From Candidatus Latescibacterota bacterium (GTDB lineage: Bacteria > Latescibacterota > UBA2968 > GCA-2709665), in assembly GCA_965248435.1 (NCBI GenBank), contig OZ252100.1, positions 3,360,001 through 3,424,000 on the forward strand: DNA of 64,000 bases. The letters run 5' to 3'. Numbering within the stretch: position 1 is the stretch's first letter; every line of letters starts with the position of its first letter. The translations under genes and the position numbers were made by a program. Below, piece by piece: positions 37,988-48,267 of this stretch. The notes below the pieces were generated by a model. That model did no database searches, was not told the DNA's origin, and was given only the letters and a program-made list of their open reading frames with translations.

Positions 37988-39523
37988 ATGAGTGACACCC
38001 CGGAGGTCCTGCAATTTCAGGAGGAGTTGAGGCGGGCGAAGGCCCAGCGGGACCTCTACGTCAAGGAGTTGGCCAATACGACGCACCGGTTCGAGGAGAA
38101 AGTCCGGGAGCTGTCGGTCGTCAGACGGATCGGGGAGTCGCTGAAGTACACTCGCGAGGTCCGTAAGGTCTTCGAGGTGATTATCGCCACGATTATAGAC
38201 GAAACCAATGCCGAGAACTGTTCATTGATGCTGGTTAATCGGGAAAAGACTGAGTTGACGTTGAAAGCAGCGCGGGGTCAGCGAGATCCAGACAGCAGCT
38301 ACTTCCATACGCCCGAAAGCGGAGCCGCTCGCACATTCCGCATCGGTGAGGGCGTTGCAGGCTGGGTCGCCCAACACGGTGAAGCGATCTCCATTCCGGA
38401 CATCGCTTCCGGTGCTGCGGTCCGTCTCTACCCGGAAATGGATGAAGAAGGAGAACCGATTTCCCTACCTGACATGCCTAACGCGCAATTCGTTACGCGT
38501 GCCTCTCCAGACAGGCGAATCGGCTCGATCCTTTGCCTGCCCCTGGTCATCGACAATGAAATCGTCGGGGTGGTGAACATGAGCCACCCGAGGGCCAAGG
38601 CCTTCAGCCTGGAAGACCAGCGGCTGATGACGATCATTACCGACCAGGTGGCGATTGCGCTGAGCAGCGTGCAGGTGTTCGACGATATGCAGCAGCTCAA
38701 CGTGGTCCTGGAAGACGAGGTGGCGAAAGCCACGAAAGAGCTGCGCAAGACCAACCAGGAGCTTCAGCTCGCTTATGAGGAGATCCAGGCCGCGAGCCAG
38801 ATGAAATCGCAGTTTCTGGCGCACATGTCCCACGAACTCCGAACCCCGCTCAATGCGATTATCGGGTTTTCGGAGATTCTGGAAGATCGCACATTCGGCC
38901 CCGTGAACGAGAAGCAGGCAAGGTATGTCCAGAACATCCTGACGAGCAGCCGCCATCTCCTTGAGTTGATCAACGATATCCTCGACCTGGCGAAGGTAGA
39001 ATCGGGGAAGATGGAGTTGAGTCTTGATCAGTTCCTGGTGCAGGACTGTCTGGCTCAGGTTGGTGATGTCGTGCTGCCCCTCGCGCAGAGCAAAGGGATC
39101 GTCATGGAGAACCACATCGGTGATGGGCTGGGGCTCGTCGCGGCAGACGAGGCCCGATTCCGGCAGATCCTCTACAACCTCCTGTCGAATGCGATCAAAT
39201 TTACCAACGACAAAGGGAGGGTGGACATCTACGTGCACGTTCGCGAAGATGACGCAGTGGAGATTGCGGTGACTGACACGGGAATTGGGATCAAGAAGGA
39301 GCATCAGGACCTGATCTTTTCAGAGTTTCGTCAAGTCGATGAGAGTTTTGCGCGGCGTTATGAGGGAACAGGTTTGGGCCTGGCGCTCACCCGCCGACTC
39401 GTGGAGCTTCACGGTGGACGCATATGGGTGGAAAGCGAGGAGGGGAAGGGGAGTACCTTCAAGTTTACGATTCCTCGAAAATCTCACCAGCACCAGGGCG
39501 GCACCAAAGAGGCACCGGTTTAA
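37988..39523 (+). CDS. GAF-domain sensor histidine kinase
   Basis: GEGVAGWVA GAF, SHELRTPL, NLLSNAIKFT, DTGIG, GTGLGL. Confidence 0.93.
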   Translation: MSDTPEVLQFQEELRRAKAQRDLYVKELANTTHRFEEKVRELSVVRRIGESLKYTREVRKVFEVIIATIIDETNAENCSLMLVNREKTELTLKAARGQRDPDSSYFHTPESGAARTFRIGEGVAGWVAQHGEAISIPDIASGAAVRLYPEMDEEGEPISLPDMPNAQFVTRASPDRRIGSILCLPLVIDNEIVGVVNMSHPRAKAFSLEDQRLMTIITDQVAIALSSVQVFDDMQQLNVVLEDEVAKATKELRKTNQELQLAYEEIQAASQMKSQFLAHMSHELRTPLNAIIGFSEILEDRTFGPVNEKQARYVQNILTSSRHLLELINDILDLAKVESGKMELSLDQFLVQDCLAQVGDVVLPLAQSKGIVMENHIGDGLGLVAADEARFRQILYNLLSNAIKFTNDKGRVDIYVHVREDDAVEIAVTDTGIGIKKEHQDLIFSEFRQVDESFARRYEGTGLGLALTRRLVELHGGRIWVESEEGKGSTFKFTIPRKSHQHQGGTKEAPV

Positions 39524-39616
39524 CCGTTTTTTTTGTTCTGCGATTCCCTCAGTTTTCTTCCTGTTGACCTTCCCTGTTCCTCGAATCCCGGAATTGTTCA
39601 AATAGGGTTGACCTCT

Positions 39617-40873
39617 ATGGCAGATCTCATTCCCTTCCACGGAGGGTTGGCGGAACCCGTGGACTGCAGCATACCCGAAGGGGAGGCAGCCGCTTTTCGT
39701 GAAGGGGCCGCGGGGCTGGTTCAAGTTCCGGTCAGTGACGCAGATCTATCCACGGTCTATCGGTTCGGAGACGGTGCCCTTAGCCCGTTGATGGGGCCGA
39801 TGAGGGAGGCCGTCTACACAAAGGTCCTCGATGACGGCGTGATCGAATCGAACGGGGCCCTCTACGCCTGGACGATTCCGCTGGCGTTGCCCGTCACATC
39901 GGATCTTGCATCGAAGCTCTCGCGCGGCGATCGTGTTGCACTCGTAGATTCCCGGCGTGAAGTCGTGGCGAGTCTCGATGTTTCTGACGTCTATGTCTGG
40001 GATAAGGACCGTTACCTAAAGAACGTCTACCTCACCGAACGTAAAGACCATCCCGGCGCCGATATGGTGCTGAATGCAGATGGGGAGAAGACCTTCCTCC
40101 TGGGAGGTGAAATTCGTGTCCTGCCACAACCCCGGCACTCAAAGTTCGGTCACTTTCTCCGGACGCCCAAAGAGGTCCGTCAGCTGCTCGAGACACAGGG
40201 ATGGGAGCGCGCCGTGGCCTTTCAAACGCGGAATCCGCTTCACCGTGCGCACGAGTACGCCCTGATATACGGGCTGGAGAGCTTGCTGCGAAGAAAGTTT
40301 CACGCGATCGCCTGCCTGAATCCCCTGGTCGGGGAGACGAAGGCGGACGATGTAAGCGCAGAGATCCGGATGCAGACCTACGAAGCCCTGATCAGTTCCG
40401 GCGAGCTGGGTGAAGGAGACAGCGATCCCGACTTGTGGCGCGACCTGGTCGACCGGGTGGCGGACCGGGTGATGTTGATGGGCCTGGATATCAAGATGTT
40501 CTATGCGGGGCCCAAAGAGGCAGTTATGCACGCCATTTACAGACAGAACTATGGCTTTACAGACATCATCATCGGGCGCAAACACGCCGATGCCCCCTAC
40601 CACGACGGCGACCCGATCTGGGGCGATTTTGAGGCCCAGGAGATATTCGACAACCTGGGTGGACAGCTGTCGATCGAACCACTGAAGGTGGGGTTTGCCG
40701 CCTACTATGAGTCGATGGGTAGGGTCGACCTGATGGAGAACCACCCCGACGAGAAACCGGTTTTCATCTCGGGAAAACAGGTGCGAGAGATGCTTCAGAA
40801 GGGGGATCCGGTCGATCCACGCATCATGAGGGAGACAACCTCTGAAATTCTGAGGCGTGCGATGGCGGGGTGA
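39617..40873 (+). CDS. sat: Sulfate adenylyltransferase
   Basis: [44 protein letters not shown]. Confidence 0.92.
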   Translation: MADLIPFHGGLAEPVDCSIPEGEAAAFREGAAGLVQVPVSDADLSTVYRFGDGALSPLMGPMREAVYTKVLDDGVIESNGALYAWTIPLALPVTSDLASKLSRGDRVALVDSRREVVASLDVSDVYVWDKDRYLKNVYLTERKDHPGADMVLNADGEKTFLLGGEIRVLPQPRHSKFGHFLRTPKEVRQLLETQGWERAVAFQTRNPLHRAHEYALIYGLESLLRRKFHAIACLNPLVGETKADDVSAEIRMQTYEALISSGELGEGDSDPDLWRDLVDRVADRVMLMGLDIKMFYAGPKEAVMHAIYRQNYGFTDIIIGRKHADAPYHDGDPIWGDFEAQEIFDNLGGQLSIEPLKVGFAAYYESMGRVDLMENHPDEKPVFISGKQVREMLQKGDPVDPRIMRETTSEILRRAMAG

Positions 40874-40905
40874 TACACGCGTAAAGCGCTTTTCTAAAGC
40901 ATAAT

Positions 40906-40938
40906 GCCCGTGGGATGGTTCCCACGGGCGCTTTTTTT
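40906..40938 (+). terminator. Intrinsic terminator after sat
   Basis: GCCCGTGGGA-TGGT-TCCCACGGGC then T7. Confidence 0.88.
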
Positions 40939-41070
40939 GCCCAAATCTGGGGACTTGGGGAAAGAAATTTCCAATCTCTCTCAAAAGACCAAAGGTCGTC
41001 GGTTAGTAAATACAGCGCACAGCATTGTTTTTATTGATACTTATACGAAGTCTGGCAGGTCCTGGCGGTA

Positions 41071-41086
41071 TGGCACACGAGTTGCA
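41071..41086 (+). promoter_or_regulatory. Sigma-54 promoter
   Basis: TGGCAC-ACGAG-TTGCA, exact consensus, in an AT-rich intergenic region. Confidence 0.8.
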
Positions 41087-41197
41087 TCTGGAGTCGGTAT
41101 GATTTTAGATTATTTAATCCTTAGATATGTCGATAAATATTATATAGGATCAATAATCGCCCTGGCGCTTGTCCAAACTAGATTTGAGAGGTAAGAG

Positions 41198-42637
41198 GTG
41201 CTCGCCAAGATATTCAAGAAGAGCGGACGCCGCTCTGCAGCCAGTCAGTCGGCGCTGCATCGGCTCGCCAAGTTCGATGCACGTTACGCCGAGTGCACTG
41301 TTGTGCGTAGCGCGGACGGCAAGAAGATTCAGGATGAGGTGGGCCCGGTCTCGTTTTATCGCCGGGAGAATCGTCTCTTTACTCGAGGCCAATCGCTGTA
41401 TCTGGCACCTCCAGAGGGATTCAGGCCGGACGAGGTCCCGTTCTCAGGCCGCGGCGAGGTCTTGAACCTGCGGTTTTACCACGGGAGCATTCCCTACAGT
41501 CTGGACTGCCAGGTGGTGCAGCGGGTCCGGTTCTCCGAGCGGCTGCTCGGGGGACTCGAACCCAGGGCTCCAGTAGGCTACAAGCTTACGCCGGTCAACG
41601 ACGTTGAAAGAAACGAGAACAGACGCGCGCTTCGCTTCTCCAACGCTCGAGGGGCCAAGGGTACTCGGGTCCTCCCGTATTTTCGGTTTGATCTCTTCGT
41701 GGAGCTGGTTCGTCAAGGAGGTCTGCCTCACGAGACGCCGCCAGAGGTGGTGCCTTACCCGGGCGACGACCCCGTACCTGACGAAGTGAAGGCGTGCGAG
41801 TCTCCGGAAGAACTGGTCAGGTTTTTCCACTGCATGCTCCTGGCCAATCCTCCTCACCTCCAGCAGGTCCACCTGACAAAGATTCTGTCCAATTCGAAGA
41901 CCGGAACCACGGAGTTCTTAGATCTTGGGTATCGTCCCGTCCTCGGATTGAAAGGGGAGAAGAAAGGGAGTCAGATTCACGTTCGGAGCCCGGTTGCCTC
42001 TTCCCGAAAAGAGAAAATAGCGCCTGAAAGTCTGCGTGACGGAGACCTTGTTGTTGTTCGTTTTGTGGGGCGATGCCTGATCGACGGGATGGACACGCAC
42101 TACAGCTGGGTGTGCAGGGTGTTCAAACGTGGACTGGAGGTGGTCGTGATCCGTCCCCGCGGCAAGATCACCAGGCAGACGGGGCTCGCCGTCGCACTGC
42201 GAGATTTTAGCCTGAGCGGCGTTCGAATCCAGAACAACCCGCTTCTCGAGACATACCTTGTGGGTGAGGACGAGATTCCGGACGACCCAGAGGCGGTTCT
42301 GGAGCGTCTTGAAGAAACCCGAATCCTACTCCACTTCCATCCCAGGATGCATTTTCCGAACGAGCTTGGGATCTATCGACCGCACGTCCCAGCGGCATTC
42401 TCCATTCTAGGGGAGATAGTACGGGGCCGCGTCGAGACACGGAAGGATAAGGACACTATTTCGGACCTTGGGATCGCATTCCGTTATGATCCCGCGGACT
42501 ACGATGGTGATCAGTTCGAGGTCACGGCCTGGGAGCCTCTTCGCAACCTGAGAGAAAATGTGGAATTCAAAGAGATCAACCGGGCATTGAACGGACTCGT
42601 GGCGTGCCTAGAGATGAACAAAGCAAGGCCGAAATAG
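41198..42637 (+). CDS. Hypothetical protein with PilZ-like motifs
   Basis: 479-aa ORF after GAGG; ENRRALRF (RxxxR) and RDFSLSGV (DxSxxG). Confidence 0.6.
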   Translation: MLAKIFKKSGRRSAASQSALHRLAKFDARYAECTVVRSADGKKIQDEVGPVSFYRRENRLFTRGQSLYLAPPEGFRPDEVPFSGRGEVLNLRFYHGSIPYSLDCQVVQRVRFSERLLGGLEPRAPVGYKLTPVNDVERNENRRALRFSNARGAKGTRVLPYFRFDLFVELVRQGGLPHETPPEVVPYPGDDPVPDEVKACESPEELVRFFHCMLLANPPHLQQVHLTKILSNSKTGTTEFLDLGYRPVLGLKGEKKGSQIHVRSPVASSRKEKIAPESLRDGDLVVVRFVGRCLIDGMDTHYSWVCRVFKRGLEVVVIRPRGKITRQTGLAVALRDFSLSGVRIQNNPLLETYLVGEDEIPDDPEAVLERLEETRILLHFHPRMHFPNELGIYRPHVPAAFSILGEIVRGRVETRKDKDTISDLGIAFRYDPADYDGDQFEVTAWEPLRNLRENVEFKEINRALNGLVACLEMNKARPK

Positions 42638-42657
42638 AAGCCGAAGCACTGTTATCC

Positions 42658-42702
42658 AAAAAAAAGTCGCCCATCTGATTCAAGGAATCGGATGGGCGTT
42701 TT
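42658..42702. terminator. Bidirectional intrinsic terminator
   Basis: A8..CGCCCATCTGATT-CAAGG-AATCGGATGGGCG-TTTT between convergent genes. Confidence 0.85.
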
Positions 42703-42747
42703 CGATTTGTCCGTTCGCGATGTAAAGGCTGTCTCCGGCTCTGGGGA

Positions 42748-45700
42748 TTACTCCCTGGCGCCGATGAGCCCGTTGATCCAATCCGTAGCGCGCCACACCA
42801 CCCTTCGCACCTTCAACCACATAGCGACTCGATCTGCTTCATTTACCTGGGCCGGATCCGCCTGGACCAGGTCGGTCCAACGGTCCCAATGTCTGAGCGC
42901 CTCTTCCACGTTGCCGAGTGCTTCCTGGCTCGAAGCCAACGCCAGGTGGACCTCCGGATTGTCTCCGTGGCGCTCCAGGGCCTGCTGATAGGCCTCAACT
43001 GCGCGCTCGTTCTCACCCCTCGCCTGTGCGATGTTCCCCAAGAGGAGATGTGCTTTCAAGGATTCCGGTTCACGCTTCAGGTGTTCTTTGCAGTGAAACA
43101 GCGCCGCATCATACTGTCCCGATTTGTAATAAATGACCGAGAGGTTGAGATAGATGCCTGGGTCATCGGGCGACCGCTCAAGGGCTTCGCCAAGTTCGCC
43201 GAGTGCCTCCTCGAGATGCCCCCCTGCTGTATATAGCGAGCCCAGGTTGATGTAGGGCACGGGATCGTCTGAATCGAGCGCTTTGGCCTCCCTGTAGTGC
43301 CCGAAGGCGCGTGTTGTATCACCACGGGAGAGTGAGACGTTGCCGAGGCCTATTTCCACTGCTACAGATTCAGGATCCAGATTCCGTGCAGATTCAAAGG
43401 CCTCCTGGGCCGAAACGAGTTTACCCTGCCGAAGACGGGCGCTGCCGAGGCTGACGTAGAGGTCAGCGTTTTCCGACCTGGTTTCCAGGCCGCGCTCGAA
43501 CAGGTCCACCGCCCCTTCCACTTCCCCTCTAGCCAGGTGGACCGCGCCGAGACCGAGCAACGCCGGGACAAACGAAGCGTCGCGCTCAAGGCAAAGCGAA
43601 TAGGCTGAGGCCGCCTCTTTTGGCAGACCCTGGAGATCATACAATCGACCCAGATTGTAGAGCGGCTCGGGATCCGCTGTGCCCAACTCTGCGGCCTTCT
43701 TGAAGGCAGCCTCTCCCTTATCGAGTCTTCCAAGGCCGGCATACACTGCACCCAGGTCGTTCCAAAGATCCGGGCGTCGGGGTGAAAGCGATACGGCCTT
43801 TTCGAGTGAGGTCTCTGCACGTGCAAAGTCCCCTGAGGCTGCCGCCTCTCGACCTCGCCTGGCGTAGGTTTCCGGTCCAGGCTTTCGCGGCGGAATAGCC
43901 GCCCGTGTCCTTGCCAGACCAGAGAGGGCCTCTGGGTGCTGGGAATTCAATTTCAATGCCTGCCGATAGGCATAGAGCGCCGCTCGGTTGTTTCCCAGCA
44001 ACTCCTCGGATGCGGCGATACCCACATACAGTTCGGGCGTTTGCTGACCCAGGTCCAGGGCCTTCAGGAAGGCCTCCCGGGCCAGTTTGGCTTCTCCGGT
44101 TTCAAGATATACCCTGGCCAGTGGAGCCGCTGCACGAGGATGGCCAGGTTCGATTTCGAGCGCTCGCTCATACTGCCGCCTTGCCTTCTCCAAGTCGCCC
44201 GCTGCAAGGTGTATCTCTCCCAACAGGTGATGGACCTCACTGACATCGGGGTCGAGTCGCGCTGCCATTTCCAGACTTTCCTGGCCCTCCCGCTTGTTCC
44301 CCTGCACCCAAAGGAGCCTGCCCAGAGACAGATGGATGTCCGCACGCTCTGGCGCGTGCGCGAGGGCCTGTCTGTAGGCTGTTTCCGCCTGATTGGTTTG
44401 GCCCAGGCGATCCAGCGTCCTGCCCAGCCAGAGGGAGACCTCAGGCTGTGTGGACTTTATAGACAGGGAATTCTGGAAGCGCTCTGCGGCCTCCGAAAGC
44501 TGTCCCTGAGCCGAGTAAACCTGGCCCAGCACGGTCTGGATATGGGGGTTTCCCGAATCCAGCTTCGAGGCTTCTTCCAGGATGGCGGCCGCCCGTGTCA
44601 GATCGGCCAGTTTCAGTGCCAGCTTTCCTTTGACGAAGAGAAGATCGGGATCGTGGTCCCCCTGAAGCGCCTCAGCTCTCTGTATGGCCTTCCCGGCCTC
44701 ATCGTATCGACCGGTCTCCAGGTATGCGGATGTGAGAGCGGTGTGGGAAACCGGATCGCCAGGCGAGAGTTCAACGGCTCTTTCCAGGGCGTCGACGGCC
44801 CATTGCCCGCGACCCTGTTGGAGATACAGCTTACCGGCCTGATAGCGTGTGGCGTGCTGATCCGGGTGAAGCTGGATGGCCCGCTCGAAGGCCACGAGGG
44901 CCTGGTGCGGCTCGTTCAACTCAAGGTAAACCTCTCCGAGCATCTGAAACGCACGGTCATCCCAGGGGGTGGCTTTAGCCGCGCGCTCGAGCATTTGGGC
45001 CTGCTTCCGGAAGTCTCCGCTCCCACGGGCAAGTTCCGCCAATCCGTAGTGGGCGACCGCGAGGTGCGGGTCGAGTTCGACGGCCTGTTCATAGGTGGCT
45101 GCGGCAGCCGTTGGAAGATTCTGAAGGGTATAGACCGCTCCCTGGAGTAGATAGGTCATCGGGTAGTCCGGGTCCGCCTTTTGCGCTTTTCGAAGGTGTT
45201 TCAACGCCTGCCTCAAGCTGCGCTCCCGTCTCTTTCCTTCCGGCATCGCCTGAATTTCCAGGAGCAGGCGCTCGGCATCTACGGCGAGTTTGTGGGCCTT
45301 CTGCGAAGGGGTGGCCCATCTAGAGGCAGGCTGGAAGGCTTCCTTGTCGATGGATAGGTCCAGGGCATCGAGCAGCTGAACGGTAATCTCGTCCTGAATT
45401 GCAAACAGATCAGAGGCCTTCCCGGTCCTGTAGACAGACCCGACGACCTCTCCAGACGCAGCCTTGACGAACTGGCAAGCGATCCATATGTCTGCGCCTT
45501 TCTGCTTGGGCGGAGGAGCGCTCCACTGGAGGAAACTGGCGGCTTCCTTCCGGTCTTTCGGGGTGCCCACGAGGCCGATCAGGAACCACTCCGTGTCCAG
45601 CCAGCGGCCAAGGGGCTGCATCGCCGCAGGTGGAATCCAGGCCGCCTTTTCCGGTTTTATCCCTGCATCTCCGAGCCCGTCGAGGACCTCACCCGAAGGG

Positions 45701-45936
45701 ATGATTCGAACCGGAGGAAGTCGCCTGAGTTTCTCGGTCAGGGATGAGGTCGTAGCCATCCCGTGCCATCGCATCTTGGCGCGATCTTTCGCGATTCCGA
45801 ACGGGAGGACTGCAACGGACGGACGGTCGGCTGCGAGCCCGGGCTGGAAGGAAAGCAGGAGCAGCATTCCAGCGATCCAGGGCCGCATCCTCAGACGGCA
45901 GGCTCGGTGCGATCGAAGAAAGGTAAAAGATCCCAT
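42748..45936 (-). CDS. Large exported tetratricopeptide-repeat protein
   Basis: Signal peptide, SVAVLPF (TolB-N/CsgG-like) domain, many 34-aa TPR units. Start may be ATG 45888. Confidence 0.88.
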   Translation of the reverse strand: MGSFTFLRSHRACRLRMRPWIAGMLLLLSFQPGLAADRPSVAVLPFGIAKDRAKMRWHGMATTSSLTEKLRRLPPVRIIPSGEVLDGLGDAGIKPEKAAWIPPAAMQPLGRWLDTEWFLIGLVGTPKDRKEAASFLQWSAPPPKQKGADIWIACQFVKAASGEVVGSVYRTGKASDLFAIQDEITVQLLDALDLSIDKEAFQPASRWATPSQKAHKLAVDAERLLLEIQAMPEGKRRERSLRQALKHLRKAQKADPDYPMTYLLQGAVYTLQNLPTAAAATYEQAVELDPHLAVAHYGLAELARGSGDFRKQAQMLERAAKATPWDDRAFQMLGEVYLELNEPHQALVAFERAIQLHPDQHATRYQAGKLYLQQGRGQWAVDALERAVELSPGDPVSHTALTSAYLETGRYDEAGKAIQRAEALQGDHDPDLLFVKGKLALKLADLTRAAAILEEASKLDSGNPHIQTVLGQVYSAQGQLSEAAERFQNSLSIKSTQPEVSLWLGRTLDRLGQTNQAETAYRQALAHAPERADIHLSLGRLLWVQGNKREGQESLEMAARLDPDVSEVHHLLGEIHLAAGDLEKARRQYERALEIEPGHPRAAAPLARVYLETGEAKLAREAFLKALDLGQQTPELYVGIAASEELLGNNRAALYAYRQALKLNSQHPEALSGLARTRAAIPPRKPGPETYARRGREAAASGDFARAETSLEKAVSLSPRRPDLWNDLGAVYAGLGRLDKGEAAFKKAAELGTADPEPLYNLGRLYDLQGLPKEAASAYSLCLERDASFVPALLGLGAVHLARGEVEGAVDLFERGLETRSENADLYVSLGSARLRQGKLVSAQEAFESARNLDPESVAVEIGLGNVSLSRGDTTRAFGHYREAKALDSDDPVPYINLGSLYTAGGHLEEALGELGEALERSPDDPGIYLNLSVIYYKSGQYDAALFHCKEHLKREPESLKAHLLLGNIAQARGENERAVEAYQQALERHGDNPEVHLALASSQEALGNVEEALRHWDRWTDLVQADPAQVNEADRVAMWLKVRRVVWRATDWINGLIGARE

Positions 45937-45981
45937 ATCTTTATGAATATCGGCCGGTTATGCCGGTTTCTCCACGAAAAT

Positions 45982-47334
45982 TCAGCCTCTTTCGAAGCGC
46001 GCGGCAAATGCACCGTCACAGCCGTGGCGCTGAGGCAGGGTCTGAAGGTAGGGTCCGGAGACGTCCGGGTTCAGGAGGTCGGGAGCCGAATCCAGGCGAA
46101 AGTCAGCACGGGCGTCGAGGAAGGCCTCTACGACACCTTCATTCTCTTCGGGTTCCAGGCTGCACGTGCTATAGACCAGCACGCCGCCGGGGAGGACCTG
46201 ATCGGCGGCTGCCTTGATGAGTTCGAGCTGACGGTCGATAAGTCCCGGGAGATCGGATTCCTCGAGTGTCCAACGGCGTTCGGGGTGGTGTGAGAGCACC
46301 CCGATCGCGGAGCAGGGGGCATCGACGAGGACGCGGTGAAAGGCAGGGCGCGTGGGCAGAAGGCGCCCATCAGCGATCACAGGGACCACGGCCGTCTGTC
46401 TAAGGCGCCCCAGGTTCTGTCGGAGCCTGCGGAGGCGTCCGGCGTGGAGGTCAACAGCCAGTACCAGGCCCCGCTGCTTCATCTTTTCGGCGGCAGCGGT
46501 GGCCTTTCCGCCCGGTGCGCTGCAGAGGTCGAGGATCCGCTCTCCTGGTCGGGGGTCTAGGCACGCGACGACCAGCCCTGCCCCCTCTCCCTGAACAGAG
46601 AACCAGCCGGAACTGAAGGCCTGCGTTCGGAACAGCGCCCCGACTTTGGGGACAATGAAGTAGCCCTCGACGAGGGATGAAGGCTCTACGCTTATGCCTT
46701 CTGTCTTCAGCTGAGACTGGAGGGCCGCCGGGCTTGCGAGGGAGGGGTTCGCGCGGATCGTGACCGACGGGCGCGCGTTGTTGAACTCGCAGAGCCTCCG
46801 GGTCTCCTCGAATCCCCAGCGGCGTATCCAGCGCGCGACCATCCACTCCGGGTGAGAGGTCTCCAGGGAGAGAAACCGGGAGGGGTCGGATTCTGAATCG
46901 GGAAGCTGGACGGGTTGCCTGTCTTCGGATACTCCCCTGAGTACCGCGTTTACGAACCCGGCAGCTCCGTCTCCATCTCTTCCTCGAGCTGCGTCGACCG
47001 ACTGAGAGACGACGGCATAGGCTGGTATCCGATCGAGGTAACGAAGCTGGTAGACGCCCAATCGGAGGATGTTTCTGAGGCTGGATGAGAGCTCGGAGAG
47101 AGGCTTCTTCAAGTAGGGCGAGAGGAGGTGATCGATCGTTCCCTGCCAGGTGAGCGTCCCGAGGACCAGCTCCTGCAAGAGGTTGGAATCGGAGGGATTC
47201 AGCTCCTGGGAGCTCCGGGACGATTCGATGAGCGGGTCGGCATAGGCTCCGTTTTCGACACGACAGAGGATGTCGAGTGCGCATCTGCGGGCACCTGACT
47301 CTGACTTCGTCGTTTGTCGCTCGTTGTTCGTCAT
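45982..47334 (-). CDS. rsmB: 16S rRNA m5C967 methyltransferase
   Basis: NusB-like N-terminus (FVNAVLR), DLCSAPGGK, DAPCS, YSTCS. Confidence 0.92.
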   Translation of the reverse strand: MTNNERQTTKSESGARRCALDILCRVENGAYADPLIESSRSSQELNPSDSNLLQELVLGTLTWQGTIDHLLSPYLKKPLSELSSSLRNILRLGVYQLRYLDRIPAYAVVSQSVDAARGRDGDGAAGFVNAVLRGVSEDRQPVQLPDSESDPSRFLSLETSHPEWMVARWIRRWGFEETRRLCEFNNARPSVTIRANPSLASPAALQSQLKTEGISVEPSSLVEGYFIVPKVGALFRTQAFSSGWFSVQGEGAGLVVACLDPRPGERILDLCSAPGGKATAAAEKMKQRGLVLAVDLHAGRLRRLRQNLGRLRQTAVVPVIADGRLLPTRPAFHRVLVDAPCSAIGVLSHHPERRWTLEESDLPGLIDRQLELIKAAADQVLPGGVLVYSTCSLEPEENEGVVEAFLDARADFRLDSAPDLLNPDVSGPYLQTLPQRHGCDGAFAARFERG

Positions 47335-47381
47335 TTGTCTTCGGAGTCCGGATGGATCATATCGTCACACAAAAGAAACCT

Positions 47382-47409
47382 CACCGCTGAGACGCAGAGA
47401 CCGCAGAGA
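47382..47409. repeat. CGCAGAGA-type intergenic repeat, copy 2
   Basis: CACCGCTGAGACGCAGAGACCGCAGAGA. Confidence 0.65.
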
Positions 47410-47561
47410 TTTTATGCAAAAAGAACGACAGATCGAAATCATTCCTTGCTTCTCTTAAATAAGTGTAGAGTCGCGCGGACTGTCAAGAAGGGTTCCTGAA
47501 AGAGAAGAAAGCCTGACAGGGCACATCTCGCCCTCTGGATGTCTATTCTCTGAAACCGCCC

Positions 47562-47590
47562 TTGACTTTGAATCAGACCTAGGATAAATT
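47562..47590 (+). promoter_or_regulatory. Sigma-70 promoter of clpP
   Basis: TTGACT-17 nt-TAAATT. Confidence 0.65.
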
Positions 47591-47638
47591 GAGCGCAGTT
47601 TGTTTCGTTTTTGAAGTCAAAAAGCGTGAGGAGGCCTG

Positions 47639-48262
47639 ATGCGTGAAGAGCGTTGGATGCTAAGCGAAGAGGAGGAGGAGGAAGAGGAAGAGGAGAAGCA
47701 GGAGGACGGTGATCGAGCGTTTCTGGGTCGCAGCCTGATCAAGGCTCGGACCATCCTTATTTCGGATCCCATCGACCACCGTCTGACGACCCGGGTCATC
47801 GCCCAGCTCCTCTTGATGGACCACGATGACCAAAAAAAGCCGATTAAGATATTTATCAATTCCCCTGGGGGAAGCGCAGATGATGGGTTTGCGATTTATG
47901 ACATGATTCGCTTCGTCAGGCCGGACGTAAAGTTGATAAGCGTCGGGCTCTCGGCGAGTGCCGCTACTGTGATTATGCTCGCGGCAAGGAAGGAGAACCG
48001 CCTCGCGCTGCCAAACGCGCGGATCATGATCCACCAGCCGTCGATGCGATCGTTCGGGGCGGCAGAAGACATCAAGCGGACAGCGGAGCAGATTTTGAAG
48101 TTGAGGGAACGGATCAACCAACTCTATGCGGAGGAAACGGGACAGGCCCTGGACAAGGTCAAGGAAGATACGGATCGAGACTACTGGATGTCGGCAGATG
48201 AGGCCGTCGACTACGGTCTAATCTCACGAATCGTGCGTGACTATTCTGAGCTGGGTGAGTAG
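47639..48262 (+). CDS. clpP: ATP-dependent Clp protease proteolytic subunit
   Basis: INSPGG, GLSASAA (Ser), IMIHQP (His), DTDRDYW (Asp); GAGGAGG RBS. Confidence 0.92.
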   Translation: MREERWMLSEEEEEEEEEEKQEDGDRAFLGRSLIKARTILISDPIDHRLTTRVIAQLLLMDHDDQKKPIKIFINSPGGSADDGFAIYDMIRFVRPDVKLISVGLSASAATVIMLAARKENRLALPNARIMIHQPSMRSFGAAEDIKRTAEQILKLRERINQLYAEETGQALDKVKEDTDRDYWMSADEAVDYGLISRIVRDYSELGE

Positions 48263-48267
48263 CATCT

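Noticed and set aside
43936-45150. Long antisense ORFs (also 24713..25765, 30753..31724, 12167..13126, 22343..23248, 33691..34596 and others)
   Set aside because: Shadow frames of real genes in GC-rich DNA, with no motifs.
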